DNA of 64,000 bases, from assembly GCA_003553085.1 (NCBI GenBank), contig PUPH01000066.1:568-64567 (forward strand), written 5' to 3'. Made by a program: the position numbers and the translations under genes. The notes beneath the pieces are model-generated. The model made no database searches, was not told where the DNA came from, and was given only the letters and a program-made list of their open reading frames with translations. This document shows positions 1 to 9,417 of this stretch, piece by piece (the stretch's first letter is position 1; each line of letters begins with the position of its first letter). The stretch is from Thermoplasmata archaeon. GTDB taxonomy: Archaea; Thermoplasmatota; Thermoplasmata; Halarchaeoplasmatales; Halarchaeoplasmataceae.

Positions 1-1281
1 CATGTACAGTTCTCCAGCGGTGAATTGTGCTGCTGTGAACGTACCGTCAACTGTCTTTATCGTCCTTGGAGAGAACACCTGTGACCATCCCGTAACACCA
101 TCAGTGGCGACTTCGGTAACACTGTCTCTGTTCAATGGGACAACTTCCTCTGAATTCTGCAGGAAAACACTTATGGACTGATACATACCGACATCTGTGA
201 TGTGCTCGATGTACTCCCAATATGTGTCCTCATCAGGCATCTGTCCACCCATCAGAGGTACCGCCCACTCGTTGAGCAATGCCGCTGCGTCATAATCTTT
301 GGAATCCCTTTGATGGAAGTATCTTGCATCTTCACCTATGATACCACCAGGCATGTAACCGAACCAATCGGTGTACATCTGTACTGGGGTCGAGTGTGCA
401 TATGCAACGGACGCGGATGCTATCCATCCACCGGTATAGAAACCCCATTGGAAATCAGCGGGGTCCGTGAAAAGCCATGTGTTTATAAGTGCCCTATCGG
501 CCACGTTTCTATCGACTTTGATACCAGCTTCTTCCAATGCATCAGCATATTCAAGACCTATGATTCCATCGTAGAATTCGATACGGATGAGACCTTCGAT
601 CTCGACGTCATCCCACTCTTCTCCTGGCGGTCGGTATTGCCAGAACTGTGTTGGCGAATCCTCAGGTGGTCTTAGTTCACCGGCGAGGTCAGGATTGTTC
701 ATTGCTTCTTCCATACCCTCACGGACTAATTGTATACCGTATTCCATATCGCCTTCATACTTCATCACGTGCTCTTCTTTAAGGTGGTGTAATCTATCGT
801 AGTATTGTGGGTTAGCAGGTCCGATAGCGCCGTACATTGGCTGAGCAAAACCGTCTAAGATATCTTCAACGATATCCTGTCTGCTTACCAACCAGTTGGT
901 TGCGTATCGTACTTCCCTTATAGAGTAGGGGTTGAGCCGTAGTGTTCCTGTTCCATCTATGTCTACCTCAACACCTGATTCCTCGGTATATGCAGAGTTG
1001 AAAGTCAACTCGTTGTAACTACCAAGACTCAGCAAAGGCGTGATCTGTGCCTTCCATTCTTCACTAACACCATCATAGATGGGGCCGTCTACTGCTTGTA
1101 GGAAAGCGTCCAGTGTGCCTGCGGCGGTGTCACCGACACCGACACTCTGTTCCATTCTTACTTCCAGTCTGATATGATCGACGTATTCATCCGCCGATAC
1201 TTGACTGCTTCCAAAGACTGCAAACAGGCTGCCGACTAAAACTGCAACCATTAGCAGACTTACTATCTTTTTCCATTTCAT
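1..1281 (-). CDS. ABC transporter extracellular solute-binding protein, family 5 (peptide/oligopeptide type). N-terminal 427 codons only; the C-terminus lies left of the window
   Basis: Own translation of the minus strand: ATG at 1281..1279, open to base 1 and in frame with the window edge. Absent from the supplied ORF track. The N-terminus MKWKKIVSLLMVAVLVGSLFAVFGSSQVSA looks like a signal peptide or anchor. The body (LNPYSIREVRYATNWLVSRQDIVEDILDGFAQPMYGAIGP, FQWGFYTGGWIAS) resembles SBP_bac_5 proteins. Confidence 0.6.
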   Translation of the reverse strand, partial: MKWKKIVSLLMVAVLVGSLFAVFGSSQVSADEYVDHIRLEVRMEQSVGVGDTAAGTLDAFLQAVDGPIYDGVSEEWKAQITPLLSLGSYNELTFNSAYTEESGVEVDIDGTGTLRLNPYSIREVRYATNWLVSRQDIVEDILDGFAQPMYGAIGPANPQYYDRLHHLKEEHVMKYEGDMEYGIQLVREGMEEAMNNPDLAGELRPPEDSPTQFWQYRPPGEEWDDVEIEGLIRIEFYDGIIGLEYADALEEAGIKVDRNVADRALINTWLFTDPADFQWGFYTGGWIASASVAYAHSTPVQMYTDWFGYMPGGIIGEDARYFHQRDSKDYDAAALLNEWAVPLMGGQMPDEDTYWEYIEHITDVGMYQSISVFLQNSEEVVPLNRDSVTEVATDGVTGWSQVFSPRTIKTVDGTFTAAQFTAGELYM

Positions 1282-1564
1282 GGTTATTCTACCTCTAACC
1301 CTACGAAGATTCTCAATGATATTTAAATGTTTTGTAATTTGGAGGTGAAATTCAACACAGTTTCAAAGAAAACTATCTACCATCTCGAATATCTAAAAGC
1401 CAAATCACACTTCAAGATAGGTGTTCAAGCAGAGATTTATCACTGTTATCAAATACATCCTGGATATAGCCAAATATGTAAATTTTGATCCCAAATATAC
1501 CAAAACAAAGACGGATTAACTCCATCAAAAAAGTTTATTAGAGTCTTACTAATGCCCTAACTGT

Positions 1565-2212
1565 ATGAATGGAATATTCGACTGGGGATATATCGTTTAT
1601 TATGTCTTGATGCCAGTTGCCATGCTAATACTAGGCTGGAAACTATGGAATAATGTGAAATTATTGGACGTAGTCAAAGATCATGGTTGGGAGACTGAGA
1701 AAAATAAAGAATACTCAAAATTAGATAAAAACATGAAAAAAACATTGGTTATCTTTATAGCGTTTTTATTTATTCTCCCTTTATGGGGTTTTTCCACATC
1801 ATCCATGGCAGAATTCCATATCCATCGTGAAAGGGTCGGCGGAGGTTTGTTCAACCCAAATATAATAGATCCCGTCATACACTCGATGGGACCTTCATAC
1901 GACACAGACCATATCATAGAACAGATGGAACAAGATCCGGATCGATGGCTTATAGAGGAGTTGGATGAACGGATAGATTTTGACGAGCTAACCTCTTTTC
2001 CGGGTAGGTTGGCTGTATATAGACTCAGTCGAGGAATTTTTGGTCCCAGGATGATCATTACTTACACCTACGTTTCACCTATACCCATAATGAGGGCATA
2101 TGGATTTCAATATGAAATCGTAGATGATGAGATCGTATTCATGGTTGAAAGGGAAAAAACGTATGTGTTTCCGATGATCGTTACGGATGCAGGGGATATT
2201 GCAGACTTCTGA
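1565..2212 (+). CDS. Hypothetical membrane protein (two N-terminal TM helices)
   Basis: 215-aa ORF in an otherwise non-coding slot, preceded by an AT-rich region. Hydrophobic segments YIVYYVLMPVAMLILGW and LVIFIAFLFILPLWGF. No recognisable family motif. Confidence 0.45.
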   Translation: MNGIFDWGYIVYYVLMPVAMLILGWKLWNNVKLLDVVKDHGWETEKNKEYSKLDKNMKKTLVIFIAFLFILPLWGFSTSSMAEFHIHRERVGGGLFNPNIIDPVIHSMGPSYDTDHIIEQMEQDPDRWLIEELDERIDFDELTSFPGRLAVYRLSRGIFGPRMIITYTYVSPIPIMRAYGFQYEIVDDEIVFMVEREKTYVFPMIVTDAGDIADF

Positions 2213-2309
2213 GTTGAAACCAAGGTTTGGACTCATTGGTGAGATCAAAACGATGAGGCGTTTGTAAATTAAAGACTAACTTTTAATAACATAACTAGAT
2301 TAAGAACCC

Positions 2310-3014
2310 ATGGTTAGAGTCTCGGTAATACTGGTGGAACCGAAGTTCACCGGAAACATCGGAGCCGTTGCAAGGGTTATGAAGAACTTTGGATTCACGG
2401 ATCTGATACTGATAGATCCTACAGAGTTGGATGACGAAGCTTTGTGCAGGGCGAAACACGCAGGAGATATATTGAAAGACGCCCAGAGGATCGACAGCCT
2501 AAAGGAGATAACCGGGAGATTCGATATGATGGTCGGAACAACGGGTATCGATACAGAGAAGGAAAAAGAAGTCCTACGCCAAACCGAAGAACCTTTCGAA
2601 TTCGCCCAGTCTATCTCTGACTACCGAGGTCACGTAGGACTGGTGTTCGGTAGGGAGGACTACGGGCTATACAACCACGAGCTCGCCCTGTGCGATAGAG
2701 TTGTGACCATACCTACCGCGCCGGAGTATCCCATATTGAACCTCTCGCACGCTGTGTGCGTATTGGTATATACTATATATATAGAGGAGTTAGGGAAGGA
2801 TACATCCGATGACGAAGGGGATTACATGGGAGATAACGAAAAGGAAAGGATGATCGAAATCTTCTCCGATATAATCGACAAGATCGATTACCCGGACTAC
2901 AAAAAGGAAAAGGCGGTGGTCACCCTGAGGAGGATATTCGGTAAAGGGAACGCCACGTTATGGGACTATCATCGTATAATGGGGGTACTATCCCGCATCG
3001 ATAAAAAGCTGTGA
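2310..3014 (+). CDS. SpoU/TrmJ-like tRNA 2'-O-ribose methyltransferase
   Basis: N-terminus VSVILVEPKFTGNIGAVARVMKNFGFTDLILIDP plus LVFGREDYGL and LNLSHAVCV are typical SPOUT (TrmJ/TrmH class) motifs. A TATA-like AACTTTTAATAAC lies about 25 nt upstream. Confidence 0.7.
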   Translation: MVRVSVILVEPKFTGNIGAVARVMKNFGFTDLILIDPTELDDEALCRAKHAGDILKDAQRIDSLKEITGRFDMMVGTTGIDTEKEKEVLRQTEEPFEFAQSISDYRGHVGLVFGREDYGLYNHELALCDRVVTIPTAPEYPILNLSHAVCVLVYTIYIEELGKDTSDDEGDYMGDNEKERMIEIFSDIIDKIDYPDYKKEKAVVTLRRIFGKGNATLWDYHRIMGVLSRIDKKL

Positions 3015-3019
3015 CGATT

Positions 3020-3550
3020 TCACTCTTTTAAACCGACTTTTTCAGCCATTACCTTCTTCAACTCATCCCGGTCTCTTGCCTCTAAGCCGAAGTACTCCTG
3101 GAATCTCGGACTCGTGCGTATGGAGTACGAACGACCGTCCCTTTCGAGGAGTATCAAACCCTTATCCTTCAGTTCGTCGATGTGCCTGTAAACCTTTTCA
3201 CCCAGTTTTTTCTTGAGCTCGCTCTGAAGTACCGGCTGATAATAAGCTATCAGGGCGGCTGTCTTGAGCAGATCTCCATCCATCTCGGATCCCTGTACCT
3301 GGACTCCGTATGTAGCGTATCCCGGCTGCAGCTGCATAGAGTACTTTGCACCTATCTTTTTTACCCCAACTGCTGACTTTCGGCTGTCATACATACGTTT
3401 CAACTTTTTTGTGGCGCTCCGTACTTCCTCACGGCTTATCCCGGTCATCTCTTCGATCTCTGGTATAGAAAGGGGCCTGCCTGCTGAAAACATCACGGCC
3501 TCAACGATCAGTTCTATTTCCTCATCGTCAACATCTTCTGACTTAACCAT
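3020..3550 (-). CDS. scpB: Segregation and condensation protein B (ScpB)
   Basis: IELIVEAVMFSAGRPLSIPEIEEMTGISREEV and a second winged-helix segment (LLKTAALIAYYQPVLQSELKKKLG), with a size of 176 aa, fit ScpB. Confidence 0.75.
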   Translation of the reverse strand: MVKSEDVDDEEIELIVEAVMFSAGRPLSIPEIEEMTGISREEVRSATKKLKRMYDSRKSAVGVKKIGAKYSMQLQPGYATYGVQVQGSEMDGDLLKTAALIAYYQPVLQSELKKKLGEKVYRHIDELKDKGLILLERDGRSYSIRTSPRFQEYFGLEARDRDELKKVMAEKVGLKE

Positions 3551-3604
3551 CGGTAAGGTGATTGGGTCATAATGTATAATAATGTAACGCAGCTTTGCCT
3601 ATCC

Positions 3605-3617
3605 AAAAAAATATATG
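3605..3617 (+). promoter_or_regulatory. TATA-box-like element upstream of pheT (leaderless or near-leaderless mRNA)
   Basis: AAAAAATATATG is centred about 29 nt upstream of the ATG at 3641, the usual archaeal TATA-to-start spacing. No SD-like motif lies in between. Confidence 0.35.
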
Positions 3618-3640
3618 CATCCTACGGATAACTTCATCTT

Positions 3641-5284
3641 ATGCCAGTTATAACGGCTAGTTTGAGTGAACTATCGGATATGTCAAAGACCGAGCCTGAT
3701 GAACTACTGGAACTTCTTCCTAAGATGGCGGTCGAGGTTGAAAAAATCGTTGGTGACGAGGTTTGGTTAGAGGTTTATCCTGATAGATGTGACATGTTAT
3801 CAGTCGAGGGCTTAGCTAGAGCGGTACGCGGATATACGGGAGTCGAAACCGGCATCATATATCATGAGCTCGGTGAAACGGATATCACGACCAACGTTGA
3901 ACTGAGTGTGCAGGATGTCAGACCGTATATCGTGACCGCAGTTGTAAAGGGCATCGATTTGGACGATAGGATCCTGAGATCTCTGATGAACGTTCAGGAA
4001 AAACTTCATCTAACCCTGGGTAGAGGGAGAGAAAAGGTTGCCATAGGGGTGCACGATCTTTCAAAAGTTAAACCCCCTTTCACTTACAAGGCAGTCAGCC
4101 CTACTTCTAGATCCTTCGTACCTCTACAATATCATCGAGAGATGACCCTGGAAGAGATCTTAGAAAAACATGATAAGGGAAAGGAGTACGCCCACATACT
4201 CGACGGAGCAGATAGATATCCATTGATCGTTGATACTGAAGACAACGTTCTTTCGTTTCCCCCTATAATAAACGGAGTATTGACAGAAGTGACCACTGAT
4301 TCTAAAGATCTCTTCATAGATATGACCGGGACCGATCTTAAAGCGCTGGAACAGAGTATGAACATATTGTGTACCATGTTCCTGGAAAGGGGGGCTGAAA
4401 TACACAGAACCGCCGTAGAGTACGGTACAAAACAAGTACGTTATCCAGACCTTACCCCTTCAGAGACGACCATAAGTATCGATGAGATCAGAAAACTGTT
4501 GGGGATAGACCTTGATGAGGAAGAGATCGATAAGATACTATCAAGGATGGGATATGAGATAAAAGATGTGGATGGTACATACCTGCACCTAAAATATCCT
4601 GCATATAGGCACGACATACTTCATCCCTGGGATGTTATAGAAGATGTCGCCATAGGATTCGATTACGACCGGTTCAAAGGCCGGATGCCAAACGAACCCA
4701 CTATTGGAAAACCCCTAAAGTCAAAAAAAATAGAAGAGGTCATGACCGAACTTATGATAGGCTTGGGCTTCAACGAGGTTATGAACCCCACACTGAGCAG
4801 CCCTTCGAAACAATTCGATCTCATGGAAAGGGTTAGAAACGACGAGTTTGTACGGATAAAGAACCCCGTGAGCGATGAAGGGTCATGCCTAAGAGAGTGG
4901 CTTTTACCTTCTCTGATGGATAACCTTAAAGAGAACCGAAATAACCCATTGCCCCAGAAGTTATTCGAAGTGGGGGATGTCGTCATCGATGGAACCCAAA
5001 GAACGCATATGGCTGCCGTTACACTTGGACCGGAGATCGGTTTTACCAAGATGAAATCCATGGTTGACGGGGTACTCAGAAGTGTGGATCTAGATTTCAC
5101 AGTAGATGTTAAAGAACATCCGACTTTCGTCCCGGGAAGGTGTGCAGCCATAATCTGTAACGATAAAGAGATCGGTTATTTTGGCGAGATCCATCCTGCA
5201 GTCCTCACTAACTTCGGATTGGAGCAGCCCGCTAGTGGGTGGGAACTATATCTCGGAGACATGATAGTAGATCCAAAGGCCTAG
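3641..5284 (+). CDS. pheT: Phenylalanine--tRNA ligase beta subunit, archaeal type
   Basis: 547 aa. The B3/4 and B5 domain pattern (LEVYPDRCDMLSVEGLARAVRGY, KVAIGVHDL, RYPLIVD, SFPPIINGV) and the C-terminal catalytic-like core (YEIKDV, PAYRHDILHPWDVIEDVAIGFDYD, NPVSDEGSCLREWLLPSLM, GRCAAI) are characteristic. Confidence 0.9.
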   Translation: MPVITASLSELSDMSKTEPDELLELLPKMAVEVEKIVGDEVWLEVYPDRCDMLSVEGLARAVRGYTGVETGIIYHELGETDITTNVELSVQDVRPYIVTAVVKGIDLDDRILRSLMNVQEKLHLTLGRGREKVAIGVHDLSKVKPPFTYKAVSPTSRSFVPLQYHREMTLEEILEKHDKGKEYAHILDGADRYPLIVDTEDNVLSFPPIINGVLTEVTTDSKDLFIDMTGTDLKALEQSMNILCTMFLERGAEIHRTAVEYGTKQVRYPDLTPSETTISIDEIRKLLGIDLDEEEIDKILSRMGYEIKDVDGTYLHLKYPAYRHDILHPWDVIEDVAIGFDYDRFKGRMPNEPTIGKPLKSKKIEEVMTELMIGLGFNEVMNPTLSSPSKQFDLMERVRNDEFVRIKNPVSDEGSCLREWLLPSLMDNLKENRNNPLPQKLFEVGDVVIDGTQRTHMAAVTLGPEIGFTKMKSMVDGVLRSVDLDFTVDVKEHPTFVPGRCAAIICNDKEIGYFGEIHPAVLTNFGLEQPASGWELYLGDMIVDPKA

Positions 5285-5326
5285 ATGGAGCGAAGATTTA
5301 TTTAATCTCTAATTGTTCACAGCTCG

Positions 5327-6862
5327 ATGTCACTACGTAATATACAAGATATTGCTAAAAAAAACCTAACGGTTTTTATGTTCGTGTACGTTCTCTTCTT
5401 GGGGATCGTGGATCATCTGCTAAAGTTTGTTTTAAACGGAAATATCAACCTTTCTCACATCCACTTTTTTGTAAATACCGTGGCCATCGGATCGCTATTT
5501 CTTCTGCTTATCTTAGTTCATTTTATCACACAAAAACGCTCTAGGTTAAACAGGGCGATCTTCGATGTGTCTTCCGTTTATTGGCCCATCGGCCTAGCCC
5601 CTTTGGTCACATACATTCTAAATGGGAGTCTGGCACCCTTGAATGTTTCGGAATTCAGCCAGATATTGGGTGTGATAACATTCGGTGAAGATATCAACTT
5701 GGGTCTATCCATTTTCATTCTTATTCCTTTATTACTGGTGTTGAAGAGACAGATCTCATATGGATCAGCGATGTTTGAGAACTTCATAGAGTCGCTGTCC
5801 TGTTTCGCCTTGTGCATGGCTTCGTTTATCGCGGTCTTCTCACATCTGAGCATATTTCCAGATATAGAAGCGTTGAATAATGTGGATCACAATCTTCACT
5901 TGAGTCTTTTATTTTGTATCTTGATCCTTGAGCTGGCTCTCATCACTTTTCTGTTGCTGTACTTGGGGAAAAGAGAAATGCTTCGTTCACATCTCTCCAA
6001 CCTGAAGGGGTTCCGTACGATGCACTTTGTGTCCATGACCATCGTCGGTTTTGTAGTCCTATCACAGATAGATAAATACGCTCTTGATTTCATCGACCCC
6101 TTGAACATACCCTTCTTTGTACTTATACCTCTAACCATGGCACTGACGTGGCAGTTTACAGCGATGGTTAACGACATATATGATATCAAGATAGATCGCT
6201 TGGTGCATCCCGACAGACCACTTGTAAAAGGTGAAATAGATGTCCGGTCGTACTGGAACATCGCCATCACTTTAGCACTTTTCTCTTTGTTCATCAGCCT
6301 GTTCTTCGGGCTGCTTTTGATGTTCCTTAACCTGACGTTCATGATCGCTGCTTTACTCTACTCGATCCCACCCGTTAGACTAAAAGAAAGACTATATGGA
6401 TATGTTTGTGTCGGGTATGCCAGTGTGGTGGCTTTCTTATCGGGGATTTATTCATCGGTTGTTTGGAATCTTAACGTGGAGTGGGGCATCATCGGTTCCA
6501 TAAGGTATATACCTCTTCTTCCGGATATTTTACCGATCTCTTTGATCATATTTGTCGTACTTTCGATTTCACCTTACATCAACGCTCTCCCGGACTATGA
6601 GGGGGATAAGGAATCTGGTGTCAAGAGTATTTACACAATTTACGGACTAGAACAAGGAAAAAAGATCGTATCCATACTTATAATCTTCCTATTTTTAAGC
6701 CCTCTGCCCCTGCTGCATGGGTCCATCGATATCTTAGTATTGACACCCATCTCGTTTTTTTCTGCATGGTTGTTTTATAGATATGAAGATCACAGATATA
6801 TATTCATGTTGTACTTTGTAGTCATACTGTATATCTTACTTAGATACACCGGGCAGATATGA
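5327..6862 (+). CDS. Polytopic membrane protein: unknown N-terminal multi-TM module (about 250 aa) fused to a UbiA-family prenyltransferase domain
   Basis: First Asp-rich UbiA motif NDIYDIKIDRLVHPDRPLVKGEI and second motif NALPDYEGDKESGVKS in the C-terminal half. Many TM helices throughout. The N-terminal half has no motif I recognise. Confidence 0.7.
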   Translation: MSLRNIQDIAKKNLTVFMFVYVLFLGIVDHLLKFVLNGNINLSHIHFFVNTVAIGSLFLLLILVHFITQKRSRLNRAIFDVSSVYWPIGLAPLVTYILNGSLAPLNVSEFSQILGVITFGEDINLGLSIFILIPLLLVLKRQISYGSAMFENFIESLSCFALCMASFIAVFSHLSIFPDIEALNNVDHNLHLSLLFCILILELALITFLLLYLGKREMLRSHLSNLKGFRTMHFVSMTIVGFVVLSQIDKYALDFIDPLNIPFFVLIPLTMALTWQFTAMVNDIYDIKIDRLVHPDRPLVKGEIDVRSYWNIAITLALFSLFISLFFGLLLMFLNLTFMIAALLYSIPPVRLKERLYGYVCVGYASVVAFLSGIYSSVVWNLNVEWGIIGSIRYIPLLPDILPISLIIFVVLSISPYINALPDYEGDKESGVKSIYTIYGLEQGKKIVSILIIFLFLSPLPLLHGSIDILVLTPISFFSAWLFYRYEDHRYIFMLYFVVILYILLRYTGQI

Positions 6863-6866
6863 TCTA

Positions 6867-7775
6867 TCATCTTAACCAGAGTAATCTGTGGGAACTCAAA
6901 CCCGCTGTTTTTTTCAAAAACTCTATAGCATCTAACCTCAATTTCATCGCTTGAGTTAACTCACCATAGCATCCCAGGCTGCATACATCACACCTGCACT
7001 CTTCGATCTGTTCGACGGTGCAACCCTGTCGGATGGTGGTGTCTGCATCAATAACTGTCGTCAAAAAAGATGGACAGTTCTTATTTTCCATTCCAACCGA
7101 ACGAAGATACGACTCCGAACTGATGATGTTGTTCTCCTCCTTTAATTGTATTATCTTTCGAGCGATCACCCTCTGCTCAGACGGGTTTAGGGCAATATCG
7201 TGAGCCTTCTTATAGGGGTACATAAAATTAAACCATACACCGTCGGTGATCGGTGAGAAGAAAGATGCGATCTCCTCCACCTGATCCATATTGTATCTGT
7301 TGATCGTAGCACCCACGATGATGTTCGCATCTCTGTTATTCTTGATGTTTTTGACGATCTTATCGAAGACTCCTCTTCCTCGATTTTTATCATGGGTATC
7401 ACCGACACCTTCGATGGATATCCAGTAACTATCGGGATGGTGTCGTTTAAGATCTCTGAGTCCGTTCGTTATCAGCATCACCAACATTCCCAGTTCTTTT
7501 GCATATGATATCAACTCGTCGATATCGTCTCTGGTAGTAGGCTCTCCTCCCTCGAGGACAAGATGTATCACACCTTGATCTCTTACGATTTTTAAAATTC
7601 TCTTCCACTCTTCAGTGCTGGCATCTTCGATATCTCTTCTCCACCAAGGACAGTGATCACAGCGCAGGTTACAATTGTTCGTTACTTTTGCAACAGCGGT
7701 CAATGGACTCCTGTTACCTAGCTTCCATCGAAGAAATCGATAAACATAATAAGGTTTGAACTGACCTGGGCGCAT
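6867..7775 (-). CDS. Radical SAM protein with C-terminal Cys-rich (SPASM/twitch-like) extension
   Basis: CNLRCDHCPWW (CxxxCxxC) near the N-terminus, GGEPT glycine motif, and a C-terminal cluster CPSF..GCTVEQIEECRCDVCSLGCYGE. Confidence 0.75.
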   Translation of the reverse strand: MRPGQFKPYYVYRFLRWKLGNRSPLTAVAKVTNNCNLRCDHCPWWRRDIEDASTEEWKRILKIVRDQGVIHLVLEGGEPTTRDDIDELISYAKELGMLVMLITNGLRDLKRHHPDSYWISIEGVGDTHDKNRGRGVFDKIVKNIKNNRDANIIVGATINRYNMDQVEEIASFFSPITDGVWFNFMYPYKKAHDIALNPSEQRVIARKIIQLKEENNIISSESYLRSVGMENKNCPSFLTTVIDADTTIRQGCTVEQIEECRCDVCSLGCYGELTQAMKLRLDAIEFLKKTAGLSSHRLLWLR

Positions 7776-7827
7776 CTAATGTAAAACATTTATCCAAATA
7801 TTTAACCTTTGGCAAAGCTAAAAGGAT

Positions 7828-9141
7828 TCAATAATCGATCTTTGTTTCGATCCCTTTGTTCGCTTTGATGAAGTTAGTTAGGAACCTTTTGACCGTGCCT
7901 TCATATCCGTACATATCTCGCCATCGTTTGAAGTATTTATGAGGCGATTTGATGAATTTCTTAGGAGAATAAGATATGTTAAATGCCCAGTCTAGTACCG
8001 AACTCATCTCTTCTGTTGAAATATTAGGGTGATCCCATACCAGGTGTTTGGTGTCCCAATGACTCCAGTCGTCATCGATTATCCCATATTTATCTGATAT
8101 TTCATCCCACAGAGGAGTCCTTGGAAAAGGTGTTATCACACAGACCTGAAGTAGATCTATCGAGTACTTATTTAACTCTTTTAAACTCTCTTTGATCTTA
8201 GGGATAGTATCTTCCTCGAAACCCAACATGTAATAGCCGATGACGAAGGCATTTATTTCCTCCAATCTCTTCAGTAGATCCAGGGTGATCTCAACATCGA
8301 TTTTTTTACCTACGTTATCCAGTGTGTCCTGCTGAAGACTCTCTATACCGATGAGTGTGCCGGAAAAGCCCCGTTCATACCAATCATCCAGGTTTTTGTC
8401 AAGTATATCCACCCGGGTCATCGGATGCCAGTTTATATCGTGTTCTACAAACAAGTCTATTACTCTGTCCCGGTGTTTTTTCCACATCCCAAAGTTTTCG
8501 TCCTCTATGACCACTTCGTTGACACCAGCTTCCTTGTAATCTTTGATCACCTGCTCGATGGATGATAGGGGTAATCGATATGGCTCAGAGCAAAAGACTG
8601 GGGTCTGACAGAACTTACACTGCTGGGTACATCCTCTATTAGTGAAAAGTACGCCGAGAGGAAAACCCTTTATCCCCCAAGGTGTGCCCACATAGTCAAT
8701 GATCATAGGATGCTTTATCTCTTCGACCTCCACACCGATTTCATCCGCCACTTCCATCTCCGAATACCCTAAGAACAATCTATCGAAGATGTCTTCCATG
8801 CCGTATGTCAGTGCACCGTAGTTACCACCCCAAAGTTCCGGCACCTTAGCCTTCTTCGCCGCTTCGACCATCTTCATGACACGGGGTACCTCGTATGTGA
8901 AAAAAGAGAAACCCACTATGTCGTATCCTTTCTTCAATGCATCCTGGTATTCATTCCAAGAAGGATACTCCAAAATATCGATCTGGGGTATATTCTTCTT
9001 TAAAAATCTAAGACCGTTAGAATTCCTCTTATCATAGGTGTATCTGACTACACCCTTAACGTTACTCCCCCAGTATTCATAAAAAGCCCCATCCTCTCGA
9101 TATGAGGTTGTTATCAAGATTTTCTTGTTCGGGTACTCCAT
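7828..9141 (-). CDS. B12-binding-domain (class B-like) radical SAM protein
   Basis: N-terminal Rossmann-like module (KILITTSY..YDIVGFSFFTYEVPRV..) followed by NRGCTQQCKFCQTP (CxxxCxxC). 437 aa, the typical layout of cobalamin-domain radical SAM enzymes. Confidence 0.75.
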   Translation of the reverse strand: MEYPNKKILITTSYREDGAFYEYWGSNVKGVVRYTYDKRNSNGLRFLKKNIPQIDILEYPSWNEYQDALKKGYDIVGFSFFTYEVPRVMKMVEAAKKAKVPELWGGNYGALTYGMEDIFDRLFLGYSEMEVADEIGVEVEEIKHPMIIDYVGTPWGIKGFPLGVLFTNRGCTQQCKFCQTPVFCSEPYRLPLSSIEQVIKDYKEAGVNEVVIEDENFGMWKKHRDRVIDLFVEHDINWHPMTRVDILDKNLDDWYERGFSGTLIGIESLQQDTLDNVGKKIDVEITLDLLKRLEEINAFVIGYYMLGFEEDTIPKIKESLKELNKYSIDLLQVCVITPFPRTPLWDEISDKYGIIDDDWSHWDTKHLVWDHPNISTEEMSSVLDWAFNISYSPKKFIKSPHKYFKRWRDMYGYEGTVKRFLTNFIKANKGIETKIDY

Positions 9142-9237
9142 TTACCGTTAAATCTGTTTTATCTGTATTAATAAATTTGGGTTACATTTCGGTTTTCTCT
9201 AGAAGATAATAAAAACAAAGGTCATGCTCGACAAGGG

Positions 9238-9246
9238 TTAAATATA
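9238..9246 (+). promoter_or_regulatory. TATA-box-like element upstream of tRNA-Ser
   Basis: TTAAATATA is centred about 40 nt upstream of the mature tRNA 5' end, consistent with a short leader removed by RNase P. Confidence 0.35.
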
Positions 9247-9281
9247 ACTAACTAACTGCCATTTCAAACCCTATTCCAACA

Positions 9282-9417
9282 GCCGAGGTAGCTAAGTCTG
9301 GACTACGGCGCCGGCCTTGAGAGCCGCTATATCGGGGACAGTCCTAACGGGCTGTTCCCGGCCCAAGCAAGCCGGTGGCGGACCCCCGCCACGGGAGTTC
9401 GAATCTCCCCCTCGGCG
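9282..9417 (+). tRNA. tRNA-Ser (anticodon UGA), class II, with a roughly 48-nt intron at the canonical 37/38 position
   Basis: Folded by hand. Acceptor GCCGAGG/CCTCGGC plus discriminator G. Anticodon stem CCGGC(9311-9315)/GCCGG(9371-9375), loop CTTGAG..A, anticodon TGA at 9318-9320. Long variable arm GGCGG-ACCC-CCGCC. T arm GGGAG-TTCGAAT-CTCCC. Intron about 9322-9369, with an internal hairpin. CCA is not encoded. Confidence 0.85.

Noticed and set aside
202-802. Plus-strand ORFs of 157 aa and 71 aa from the track
   Set aside because: They lie antisense to a 427-codon open frame with clear ABC binding-protein features. Their translations are Cys/Arg/Ser-rich with no motifs, as is typical of shadow ORFs.
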